64,000 nt of DNA from an uncultured Aliarcobacter sp. (GTDB lineage Bacteria > Campylobacterota > Campylobacteria > Campylobacterales > Arcobacteraceae): positions 1,856,001-1,920,000 of the forward strand of contig OY781945.1 of assembly GCA_963677435.1 (NCBI GenBank), read 5' to 3'. Each line of letters starts with the position of its first letter. Positions within the stretch are counted from its first letter, which is position 1. A program made the position numbers and the translations under genes. Below, in pieces: positions 1 through 8,699 of the stretch. The notes beneath the pieces are model-generated. The model ran no database searches. It was not told the DNA's origin and worked only from the letters and a program-made list of their open reading frames with translations.

Positions 1-741
1 ACATCCTAGTAATAAAGTAAGATATTGAGAATTTACATATGAAAGTAATATTGAACCAATAAAAGCTCCTACAAATGAACCTATAACCATATAGATTATA
101 AATTTCTTTTCACTCATAATTTGTTTGAATTGTTCGCTTCTTGAATATCTTGAGAATGCCATTATCATAGTAGGTAAACTAATACATAAAGATACACTAC
201 CTGCTAATTTTGGATCCATTCCAAATAATAGTATTAAAGTAGGAATTATAAATTCTCCACCTGCTACTCCTAATACTGCTGCAATAATTCCAATTAGTAC
301 ACCAGCAATTACACCTGAAACAAATAAAAGAATTTGATTTTCAAATAAAGGATTTCCTGCTACTAAATAATTGTGTCCAAAAAGCATTGAAAATGCTAAT
401 ACTACTAATAAAACTAAGATAATTTTATTTAAAAATTCTTGTTTTATCTTCATTGCATAATTAGCACCAATGTAAGCACCAAATAAACTACCAATTAAGA
501 TATTAATTATTGTAAAAGAATGAGGTATTATCTCTTCAAAACCTATGGTATGACTTCTAAATATTAATGAAAATAGTACAACTGCTAAAGAAACAACTTT
601 GTTTATAATAACTGCATTTAATGTTGCGAAACTAAAAAAACCAACTAAAATAGGAAGTCTAAATTCTGCTCCTCCAAGTCCAATTAATCCTCCAAGTGTA
701 GCAACTAAGAAACCACTTATAAAACTATACATATTTTTCAT
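1..741 (-). CDS. Sulfite exporter TauE/SafE (TSUP) family membrane protein, 3' end outside the window
   Basis: Read by hand from ATG at 741 (AAAGG RBS): MKNMYSFISGFLVATLGGLIGLGGAEFRLPIL... with a second repeat ...GIIAAVLGVAGGEFIIPTL. The duplicated G(L/V)(G/A)GG motif and hydrophobicity fit TSUP. Not in the ORF track because it runs off the edge. Confidence 0.8.
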   Translation of the reverse strand, partial: MKNMYSFISGFLVATLGGLIGLGGAEFRLPILVGFFSFATLNAVIINKVVSLAVVLFSLIFRSHTIGFEEIIPHSFTIINILIGSLFGAYIGANYAMKIKQEFLNKIILVLLVVLAFSMLFGHNYLVAGNPLFENQILLFVSGVIAGVLIGIIAAVLGVAGGEFIIPTLILLFGMDPKLAGSVSLCISLPTMIMAFSRYSRSEQFKQIMSEKKFIIYMVIGSFVGAFIGSILLSYVNSQYLTLLLGC

Positions 742-871
742 TTTAAACCTTTGTTAGTATAACTATAAGTAAAATATGCATAAATTGTACCAAAACTGTA
801 TATACATATTTACTACTATTAAATTGCTGGAATCCACAAAAAAACATCTAAATCTTTATTCTCATTTTAAA

Positions 872-1927
872 TTAAAATATATCTGTTGTTTGACTAAGTC
901 TTTGTTTATCAAAGTGTGTATATATTCTAGAAGTATTTATGTCTGCGTGTCCTAAAGATTCTTGTACAAGTATTAAATCTCTATTTTTTTGATACAAAAG
1001 CGTTGCAAATGTATGCCTTAACATATGTGCTCCATTTTTCTCTTTTCTTAATCCAACACTTAAAAGTATTTGTTCTACCAATCTACCTATATAGGCTTGA
1101 GTTAATCTTGTACCTTTTTGATTACAAAATAGTAAATTTTCATTACAAGATTTATTTTCGTGCCAGTTAGCTAAATCATTTTTAATGATTTTTTCTTTAA
1201 TCATTACAACTCTAGGCTTATTTCCTTTTCCTCTTACTTGAATAATATAAGCATCACTATCTTTTGTAAAATCTTTAATTTTAATATTTATAGCTTCACT
1301 AACTCTAATACCAGTATAAAGTATTATTTTAATAATAAGTCTATTTCTTGCTGCTAAAGTAGGCTTTTTAAAGGGATATTCATCTATTGCTTGAATAAAC
1401 TTTTGTACTTCATCTTTATTCATAAAAGAGGGCAGTTTGCTACCACTTTTTCCTCCTAAACCTCCCCAGTTTTTGAGTTCAATATTAAATCTATAAGCAG
1501 TCCCATTTTCCTCTTCATTTTGTTTATCTAAATATCCAAAAAAACCAAGTAGGGCAATACGATAGTTCTTTTTTGTAGCATCTGATAAATTTGCTGTTTC
1601 ACTAGCTAAAAAATCACTAAGTAACTCTTCATCAATTTCCTTCATAGAAGCGGCTCCAAATCTCATCAAAAAGACATAAAGCTTTTCTAAAGGAAGATAA
1701 TATACATGAGCACCATTTAAACCAATGTTTCTGACTTCTTTAATCAAAGTTTTTAAATCTTCAACATTATCAAAACCACGTACTAATTCTTGTATAATTT
1801 TTGCAAGTCTATCTTTATCTGTAACTTGTCTATTAGATAATGATGTTATTTTACTTCGTATAAATCGACTAAGCCAAAATAGATAAGTTTTACTAAAGTT
1901 GTTTTCACAGTCAATTGGGTATCGCAT
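872..1927 (-). CDS. XerH-like tyrosine recombinase carried by the transposon (putative resolvase)
   Basis: Intact catalytic set: TGIRVSE (R), GKGNK (K), HMLRH, LGH, SRIYTH (Y). Colinear end to end with the XerH at 60872-61924. Confidence 0.9.
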   Translation of the reverse strand: MRYPIDCENNFSKTYLFWLSRFIRSKITSLSNRQVTDKDRLAKIIQELVRGFDNVEDLKTLIKEVRNIGLNGAHVYYLPLEKLYVFLMRFGAASMKEIDEELLSDFLASETANLSDATKKNYRIALLGFFGYLDKQNEEENGTAYRFNIELKNWGGLGGKSGSKLPSFMNKDEVQKFIQAIDEYPFKKPTLAARNRLIIKIILYTGIRVSEAINIKIKDFTKDSDAYIIQVRGKGNKPRVVMIKEKIIKNDLANWHENKSCNENLLFCNQKGTRLTQAYIGRLVEQILLSVGLRKEKNGAHMLRHTFATLLYQKNRDLILVQESLGHADINTSRIYTHFDKQRLSQTTDIF

Positions 1928-1958
1928 ATAAGTTTCCTATGTAGATGATATATAAGTT

Positions 1959-2030
1959 AGAGTATATCAAAATAAATATTAATTTTATATTGGAAATCTA
2001 AATTTCCAAACTATTAAATAAATATACTCT
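1959..2030. promoter_or_regulatory. Divergent promoters for the recombinase and tnpA, flanking the dif-like site
   Basis: TATACT -10-like hexamers on the minus strand (1961-1966) and plus strand (2023-2028), within the inverted repeat AGAGTATAT/ATATACTCT. Confidence 0.55.
1983..2013. other. difH-like recombination site (putative res core site of the transposon)
   Basis: TTTTATATTGGAAA-TCTAAA-TTTCCAAACTA: inverted arms around a 6-bp spacer, same architecture as difH at 63488-63518, between the divergent recombinase and tnpA. Confidence 0.8.
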
Positions 2031-2095
2031 TTTATCAATAATTATAAGTTTTAAAAGAATAAAATAAATTTATCTCATTAAAAAGAATTTATATT

Positions 2096-5095
2096 ATGGC
2101 AAGAATACAAATATTAACAGAACTAGAAGAGAAAAAATTTAATGAACCTCCACTTTTTTCATTACAAGATAGAAAATATTACTTTCATATTAATGAAAAT
2201 TTATTAAATAAATTGTATGAAAAAATACAAACAAAAAACCTTTGCTATATGATACTTCAATATGGATATTTAAGAGCTAGAAATAGTTTTTTCACAGATT
2301 TTTATGATGAAGATATTGAATATGTTAAAAAAACTTATTCCTTAAATGCTTTTGATAATAAAATATCTAAACGTTCAAAAGCACGTTATCACCCTTTCTT
2401 AAGGGATATTGTTGGAATTAAAGAGACAACTCAAATTGAAATATCACTTCTAAAACAAAAAGCCATCCAAATGGCAAATATATTTCAAGATAGAAGAAAA
2501 ATATTTTGGGAACTTGTTAATGAATCCAGAAATCTTAAAATTGAAGTTCCAAGCTATACAATGCTTGTTGAAATTATATCTGAAGCTATTAATATACAAA
2601 AGTCATCTATTATAGAAAAATTGATAAATTTTGAAAGTAATGAAAGTCTAAAAAAATTAGACATATTTCTAGATAAAGATGAAAAATTTAAAAATAAATA
2701 TCAAATAGGAAGCTTTAGACGATTAGAACATAGCACAGCTCAAAAAAAGATTAGGAAAAGTTTATCTCATTTTCAAACGATAAAGACAATATTTGTATTA
2801 AACAAGAATATAATAGACTCTGTTGGAATAACTTCTAAAATAGCTCAATACTATGCTATATGGATAAATAAAAGTCGTTCATCTCAATTACTACAACAAG
2901 AAGAGCTTGATAATAAATTTTATTTATTGTGTTTTGTGTATTACCAATATTTAATTAGGAATGATAATTTAATAGACCGATTTATTAGTGTTGTTCAAAG
3001 TTTTAAAACTTCCCTACTTCGTGAACATAAAGAATTTGTATATGAAAATGTAGAAGAAAAAAATAAAACTATTCAATCTTATAAAGAGTTGATTCTACAA
3101 ATTTTAGATGATATAGATAACTGTGCAGATAATTCTACATTAGATGCAATAAATCGAATTCATCAAATAAAACAATACATTAATGAACAAAGAGAATTAT
3201 TAAATAAAAAAGACAATGACTCATCTATTTTTAATGAAAATAAGAGTAAATTTGATTTAGTTGAATCAAAATCTCGCTCACTTCAAGGACAATTATCTGG
3301 CATTATAAAAGCTATAGAGTTTGATGAAAAGACATCTGATAAATCAATAATAAAAGCGATTAATTATTTTAAAGAATCAAATAATTTCCAAAATGCACCA
3401 CAAGATTTTTTAGAAGATGAAGAGAAAATTATTTTAATAAATGAAGATGGATTTAGAACTTCTTTATACAAAGCTTTACTTTTTTATCATGTTTCAAATC
3501 ATATAAAAAACGGTACTTTAAATTTAAAATATTCATATAGATATAAAAGTTTTGAGAAGTATTTGATTGATAAAGAAACTTGGGATATAAATAAAAATGA
3601 ATTATTAAAAGAACATAATTTATTAGATTTAATAAATTTTGATAATTTTATCACCCCTATTTCTAAAAAATTAGATAATAGTTATTATCAGACTAATATG
3701 AATATAATCAAAGATATTAATACAAATTTTAAAAAGACTAGTAGTGCTTTTACTTTAAAAACACCTAGTTTAGAGAAATTTGAAGAAGATGATAGTATTA
3801 ATAAATATTTACCTATAAATAATTTTATATCCGTTATAGAAATATTAAATACTATTAATAAGCATATAAATTTTTTAAACGCATTTTCGCACTATAATAT
3901 TAAAAGTACAACAAAAGCATCAGAACATTCACTCTTAGCATCAATTTTAGGATATGGCTGTAATATTAGTCTTTTACAAATGGGGAAAATTTCAAAAGGT
4001 ATTCAAGCAAATCATCTTGATACTGTAAAAACTTGGTACTTTACAGAAGATAATACTTTAGAAGCAAATGATAAAATAGTCAATTTTATGAATAATCTCG
4101 AAATTGTTAAATTACTAAGAGCAAATAAAGATTTAAATCATACTTCTAGTGATGGCCAAAAATATAATATGAAACCATCTGTTGAATCAACAAATGCAGG
4201 ATATTCTTTTAAATATTTTGGAACGCAAAAAGGTGTAAGTGTTTATACTTTTATTGATGAATCTCATAGATTATTTTATTCTACAGTTATTCATGTTAAT
4301 GAAAGAGAAAGTGGATATGTTATTGATGGACTATTACATAATGATGAACTTCAAAGCGATATACACTCTACTGATACTCATGGATTTTCAGAAGTAATTT
4401 TTGGATTAACACATTTATTAGGCTTTTCTTTTGCTCCTAGAATTAAGAATTTTAGAGATCAATATCTATATAGTATTAAACCTAGAAAAGATTATATAGA
4501 AAAGAAATACTTTTTAACTCCACGACAAAAAATAAATATTGAAAATATAGAAAATAATTGGGACTCAATTTTAATGTTTTTAGTTACTATAAAATCAAAA
4601 AAAACTTCTACTTCTCAACTTTTGAAAAGATTAACATCTTATTCAAAAGAACATCAGTTATATACTGCAATAAAAGAATTTGGAAAAATCATTAAAACAG
4701 ATTTTTTACTAAATTATATTGATGATGTTGAATTAAGACAAAGAATTGAAAAACAGTTAAATAAAGTAGAAAGCTCAAATAAATTCTCTAAAGCTGTTTT
4801 TTTTGGTAGGAATGCAGAGTTTACTGTTGCAACTATTGAAGAGCAAAATATTGCTAATAATTGTAAAAGGTTAATTCAAAATTCTATTATTTTATGGAAC
4901 TATCTTTATTTGACTCAAAAAATTGATGAAACAAAAAATCAAGAGGAAAAAAATGAAATAATTAAAACTATACAGCAAAGTTCTATAATACATTGGAGTC
5001 ACATTAATTTTTATGGTGAATATGATTTTACTAAATTAGATAGAAAAGATACAAAATATATAAAAGATAAAGATTATACACAATTGAAGATTTAA
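2096..5095 (+). CDS. tnpA: Tn3-family DDE transposase
   Basis: About 1000 aa, with Tn3 motifs SSDGQKY, KYFG, HSTDTHG, LLGFSFAPRIK, QLNKVE, NSIILWN and HINFYGEYDF. Confidence 0.95.
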   Translation: MARIQILTELEEKKFNEPPLFSLQDRKYYFHINENLLNKLYEKIQTKNLCYMILQYGYLRARNSFFTDFYDEDIEYVKKTYSLNAFDNKISKRSKARYHPFLRDIVGIKETTQIEISLLKQKAIQMANIFQDRRKIFWELVNESRNLKIEVPSYTMLVEIISEAINIQKSSIIEKLINFESNESLKKLDIFLDKDEKFKNKYQIGSFRRLEHSTAQKKIRKSLSHFQTIKTIFVLNKNIIDSVGITSKIAQYYAIWINKSRSSQLLQQEELDNKFYLLCFVYYQYLIRNDNLIDRFISVVQSFKTSLLREHKEFVYENVEEKNKTIQSYKELILQILDDIDNCADNSTLDAINRIHQIKQYINEQRELLNKKDNDSSIFNENKSKFDLVESKSRSLQGQLSGIIKAIEFDEKTSDKSIIKAINYFKESNNFQNAPQDFLEDEEKIILINEDGFRTSLYKALLFYHVSNHIKNGTLNLKYSYRYKSFEKYLIDKETWDINKNELLKEHNLLDLINFDNFITPISKKLDNSYYQTNMNIIKDINTNFKKTSSAFTLKTPSLEKFEEDDSINKYLPINNFISVIEILNTINKHINFLNAFSHYNIKSTTKASEHSLLASILGYGCNISLLQMGKISKGIQANHLDTVKTWYFTEDNTLEANDKIVNFMNNLEIVKLLRANKDLNHTSSDGQKYNMKPSVESTNAGYSFKYFGTQKGVSVYTFIDESHRLFYSTVIHVNERESGYVIDGLLHNDELQSDIHSTDTHGFSEVIFGLTHLLGFSFAPRIKNFRDQYLYSIKPRKDYIEKKYFLTPRQKINIENIENNWDSILMFLVTIKSKKTSTSQLLKRLTSYSKEHQLYTAIKEFGKIIKTDFLLNYIDDVELRQRIEKQLNKVESSNKFSKAVFFGRNAEFTVATIEEQNIANNCKRLIQNSIILWNYLYLTQKIDETKNQEEKNEIIKTIQQSSIIHWSHINFYGEYDFTKLDRKDTKYIKDKDYTQLKI

Positions 5096-5100
5096 GTTTT

Positions 5101-5146
5101 ATTTAAGTAATTTGGCACCATTTAGTACCTTTATGCAAAAGTACCC
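5101..5146 (-). repeat. Putative terminal inverted repeat, inner copy
   Basis: Minus strand reads GGGTACTTTTGCATAAAGGTACTAAATGGTGCCAAATTACTTAAAT. It starts with G residues, ends in CTTAA, lies 6 bp after the tnpA stop, and is about 35/46 identical by hand alignment to 5268-5312. Confidence 0.6.
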
Positions 5147-5267
5147 TAAGTTAAAATATAACTCTATATTTCAACGAGGAATGATTTTTTGGTTGAAAGT
5201 TGTATCAATATAAGGAAAAACTATTTCTAGGCTATTCTAAGAATTAGAATATATTAAATTAAGCTAT

Positions 5268-5312
5268 ATTTAAGAACCGTGGCGCATTTTGTACCTTTAT
5301 GTAAATATAGCC
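5268..5312 (-). repeat. Putative terminal inverted repeat, outer copy and element end
   Basis: Minus strand reads GGCTATATTTACATAAAGGTACAAAATGCGCCACGGTTCTTAAAT, and comEC-like coding sequence begins immediately after 5312. Confidence 0.7.
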
Positions 5313-6409
5313 AAGTTTTAAATATTTATGAAAAACCAACAAAAAAAGTTTTAAGATTAAAATCTGCTAATTTTGATTTTTTTACAGATGTAAAAAAAGA
5401 TGAAAATATCGTTAAATCAGACCTTTTAAACATAGCAATAATTTCTCTTAACATCACATTTTTAGACTATTTAAAAGGTTTTTATACAAAAACTATTTAT
5501 TTTGATTATCTAGAAAAACCTGCAAAATTTAGAGATAAAATCATAGAAAAAATAGATTCAAACCATGAAGACAAGATAATAAAAGAGTTATTTCAAGCTT
5601 TGTTTTTAGCAACTCCAATTTCAAAAGAGTTAAGAGATATTTGTACAAATTACAGTATTAGTCATTTAATAGCACTTTCTGGCTTTCATTTAGTAGTTTT
5701 ATCTTTTGTAATATATTGGATTTTTTATTTTCCTTATAATTTTTTTCATCAAAAATATTTCCCGTTTCGAAACAAAAAATATGATTTACTTTTGATTTCA
5801 ATATTTTTTCTTTTTTGTTATTTGCTTTTGACAAATATAATTCCCTCTCTTCTTAGAGCTTTTGTGATGTTTGTATTAATGATATTTTTACTTCGCTCAA
5901 ATATAAAGATAGTTTCCTTTATGACTTTGTTATTTACTTTTTTGATAGTTATTGCATTATTTCCAAAATTTTTATTTTCATTGGGATTTTGGTTTTCAAT
6001 TATGGCAGTTTTTTATATATTTTTATTTGTAAAATATTTTGTAGATTTAAATAAATATCTACAAATTATATTTTTTAATATTTGGATGTTTTTGATTTTT
6101 AATCCAATTGTACATTTTTATTTTCCACAAACTTCTTATGAACAGTTTTTATCAATAATAATTACAATATTTTTTACACTATTTTATCCCCTTGAAATTT
6201 TTGCTCATATCTTTGATTTTGCTAGTTGTTTTGATGGATTTATAAAATATTTTTTATATCATGAAATGTATGTTTATGAAGTTTTTACACCTTTTTATTT
6301 TTTTATTGTTTACCTAGGGGCTTCCCTAGGTTCAATATTTTATAAAAAGGCTTTTTATTTATTAAATATTTTAATGATTATATTTAATATTTATTTGCAT
6401 GTTATATGA
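5313..6409 (+). pseudogene. comEC: ComEC/Rec2 competence protein, 5'-truncated by transposon insertion
   Basis: Competence-domain motifs SHLIALSGFH, PSLLRA and SLGFWFS. The ORF's GTG start (5279) and first ~11 codons lie inside the transposon repeat, and the usual N-terminal hydrophobic anchor is absent. Confidence 0.8.
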
Positions 6410-7736
6410 CACCTATTTGATTTAAAAATAGTACTATTATTGCTAAAGGAACAAAATATTTAATTAATGAATACCAAATATTAAATACTAATAAGTTTGT
6501 GTGTTTAGTAAATATTTCTTCTAATAATTTTTTATCAACAAAATATCCCAAGAAAATAGATATTATAAATGCAGCTAATGGCATCATAATTGAAGATGTT
6601 ACATAATCCATCCAATCAAAGGCATTTTTATTAAAGAATGTTAACTGCGCACCATATGAACTAGACATAGAAAGTAGGGCAATTATTCCTAAAACATAGA
6701 AAATTGAACCACACATAATTGTAGCTTTTTTTCTTGACATATTAAATCTTTCAATAAAGAACATTAATACAGGTTCTATCATTGAAACAGCTGATGTAAT
6801 ACCAGCAAAAATAAGTGCTACAAAAAATGAAACGGCAATTACATTTCCTAATGTTCCCCAGTGTTCAAAAATTACTGGTAAAGATATGAATACAAGTCCA
6901 GGACCAGCAGCACTTTTTGCACCTGCTTCAAATAAAAATGCAAAAATTATAACCCCAGCAATTAATGCAATTATTGTATCAACAAATGCAACTAAAATTG
7001 ATGATTTAATAATATTAACATCTTTCGATAATGATGCAGAATAAGTAATAATTGTTCCAATACCCAAAGATAATGTAAAAAATGCTTGTCCAAGTGCAGC
7101 TAAAAGAGCATCGGAATTTATCTTACTCCAATCAGCATAAAACATAAACTCAAGTGATTTAGAAAAACTATCTAATGTTAGGGCATAAACAAATAAACCA
7201 AATAATATGATAGCTAGCAAAGGCATTAAAATAAGGTTTAATTTTTCGATTCCATCTTTTATACCTTTTAATACAATCCAAATAACAGTTAATGAAACAA
7301 TTGTATGGAAAAATATTTGAGAAAGAATATCTTTTGAAACAAGATTATTAAAAGTATTAGCAGCAATTTCTGAACTTGCAGGAAGATCTGAAATTGAAAT
7401 GAATACATATTTTAAAATCCAACCTAATACAACAGAATAGAATGATAGGATAATTAATCCAGCAAAAACCATAAAACTAGCATATTTCCAGTTAGGATTT
7501 TTTGATTTTGAAGTAGTTACAAAAGATGTTGCAACATTTGCTTGAGAATTTTGTCCAATTAAAGACTCAGCAATAAATACAGTTAATCCAATAAATAATA
7601 TAGCAAGTAAATAGATTATTACAAATGCTCCACCACCATACTCTCCTGCAATATATGGAAATTTCCATATATTTCCTAAGCCAACTGCAGAACCAGCAGC
7701 AGCTAAAATAAAACCAATTCTTGAAAATCTATTCAA
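6402..7736 (-). CDS. Sodium-dependent transporter, NSS/SNF family
   Basis: GFILAAAGSAVGLGNIWKFPY and GQAFFTLSLG motifs. Likely TTG start at 7736 after an AAAGGG RBS. Confidence 0.92.
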   Translation of the reverse strand: MNRFSRIGFILAAAGSAVGLGNIWKFPYIAGEYGGGAFVIIYLLAILFIGLTVFIAESLIGQNSQANVATSFVTTSKSKNPNWKYASFMVFAGLIILSFYSVVLGWILKYVFISISDLPASSEIAANTFNNLVSKDILSQIFFHTIVSLTVIWIVLKGIKDGIEKLNLILMPLLAIILFGLFVYALTLDSFSKSLEFMFYADWSKINSDALLAALGQAFFTLSLGIGTIITYSASLSKDVNIIKSSILVAFVDTIIALIAGVIIFAFLFEAGAKSAAGPGLVFISLPVIFEHWGTLGNVIAVSFFVALIFAGITSAVSMIEPVLMFFIERFNMSRKKATIMCGSIFYVLGIIALLSMSSSYGAQLTFFNKNAFDWMDYVTSSIMMPLAAFIISIFLGYFVDKKLLEEIFTKHTNLLVFNIWYSLIKYFVPLAIIVLFLNQIGVI

Positions 7737-7797
7737 TGTTGCCCTTTGTATAAGAAATAAGTGCAAAGTATACAAAAAATAAAATTAATAAGTAATT

Positions 7798-7826
7798 GAG
7801 ATTAAATTAATAAGTAATTTAATCTC
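7798..7826. terminator. Hairpin, probable terminator of the SHOCT gene
   Basis: GAGATTAAATTA-ATAAG-TAATTTAATCTC, a perfect 12-bp stem. Confidence 0.5.
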
Positions 7827-7836
7827 TAGTTATTTT

Positions 7837-8619
7837 TTAAAGTCTTGATAGTAGTTCAGATTTTTTAGTATTAAACTCATTATCTGTTAAAATACCCGCT
7901 TTATGTAAAGAGGCAACTTGTTCAATTAATTCAATAATTGTTTTTGCTGATTCATTTGATACAGAATTTGAAGAATTATTTATTATTGGCTGTGTAATTG
8001 GTTCATTTATAGGTTCTATAAAGTTATTTTTAGCAGGTTCAACAAAATTGTTTTGAGGAGCATTATTCATTTGACTTGCACCTGAAACAACTGGAAGAGT
8101 TGAAACTAAAATTGTTCCATATTGACTAGAAAAAGTTAAAGAATTATTTCCACCTTGTTGTTGTGAAATACCAGATATATTATTGTCTAAAGTGTCATAA
8201 ACAGTTACTCGCCCATTTACATCAACTGCTAATCTATTTTGAAATATTGCATATCTTGTACTATTTTGAGCTCCACTACTAAATGGATTTCCTAATTCTC
8301 CTGGCCACCATTGATTACTCTCTCGTGTTCCTTTTGGAGCAATTGGAAAGATAATTGTAGTTGCTAAGGCATTTGAAATGTCATTACAAAGATTGTCAAC
8401 AGTGTTTTTTAAACCATAATTGAACATGTCTCCAACCATAGTCATTCCACCTCTCATCCATTGTCCACCACCACCAAGCTCTGGACAGTTAAATTGAGCC
8501 ATTGAACCACCACCATTGTTTACTGCACCAATCATATAAATAACTGCATCTTGGCTTAAATTGTATCTATTAGAGAGGTCATTAACTATATTTTGACCCT
8601 CTTGTGTTAGTTTTTGCAT
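7837..8619 (-). CDS. SHOCT domain-containing protein
   Basis: C-terminal LHKAGILTDNEFNTKKSELLSRL, a Gly-rich N-terminal domain and an Asn/Pro-rich linker. Confidence 0.75.
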   Translation of the reverse strand: MQKLTQEGQNIVNDLSNRYNLSQDAVIYMIGAVNNGGGSMAQFNCPELGGGGQWMRGGMTMVGDMFNYGLKNTVDNLCNDISNALATTIIFPIAPKGTRESNQWWPGELGNPFSSGAQNSTRYAIFQNRLAVDVNGRVTVYDTLDNNISGISQQQGGNNSLTFSSQYGTILVSTLPVVSGASQMNNAPQNNFVEPAKNNFIEPINEPITQPIINNSSNSVSNESAKTIIELIEQVASLHKAGILTDNEFNTKKSELLSRL

Positions 8620-8699
8620 ATTGATTTCCTTTTACAAATCTTGTAATTTATACAGTTTTTTAAAAGGTATATTTTAGAATTTTGTAGTTATTTTTTGAG

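Larger units (their letters stand above)
1..5312. mobile_element. Tn3-family transposon, right part (left end outside the window); carries a TSUP gene, an XerH-like recombinase, a res-like site and tnpA; inserted in comEC
   Basis: 999-aa Tn3 transposase, divergent tyrosine recombinase, and terminal-repeat-like sequences ending at 5146 and 5312. The sequence then switches abruptly into the middle of a comEC coding region. Confidence 0.85.

Noticed and set aside
125..337. 70-aa plus-strand ORF
   Set aside because: Antisense shadow of the TSUP gene.
768..798. Possible degenerate left inverted repeat (TGCATAAATTGTACCAAAA resembles TGCATAAAGGTACTAAA)
   Set aside because: Needs a gap, lacks the terminal G residues, has no comEC 5' fragment beside it, and lies in the TSUP promoter region; could be chance or a regulator site.
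872..1927. Recombinase as an integron integrase or phage integrase
   Set aside because: No IntI-specific insertion, attC array or phage genes; it is colinear with XerH.
872..1927. Second xerH as an assembly duplication
   Set aside because: The two copies differ at many residues throughout and have different flanks.
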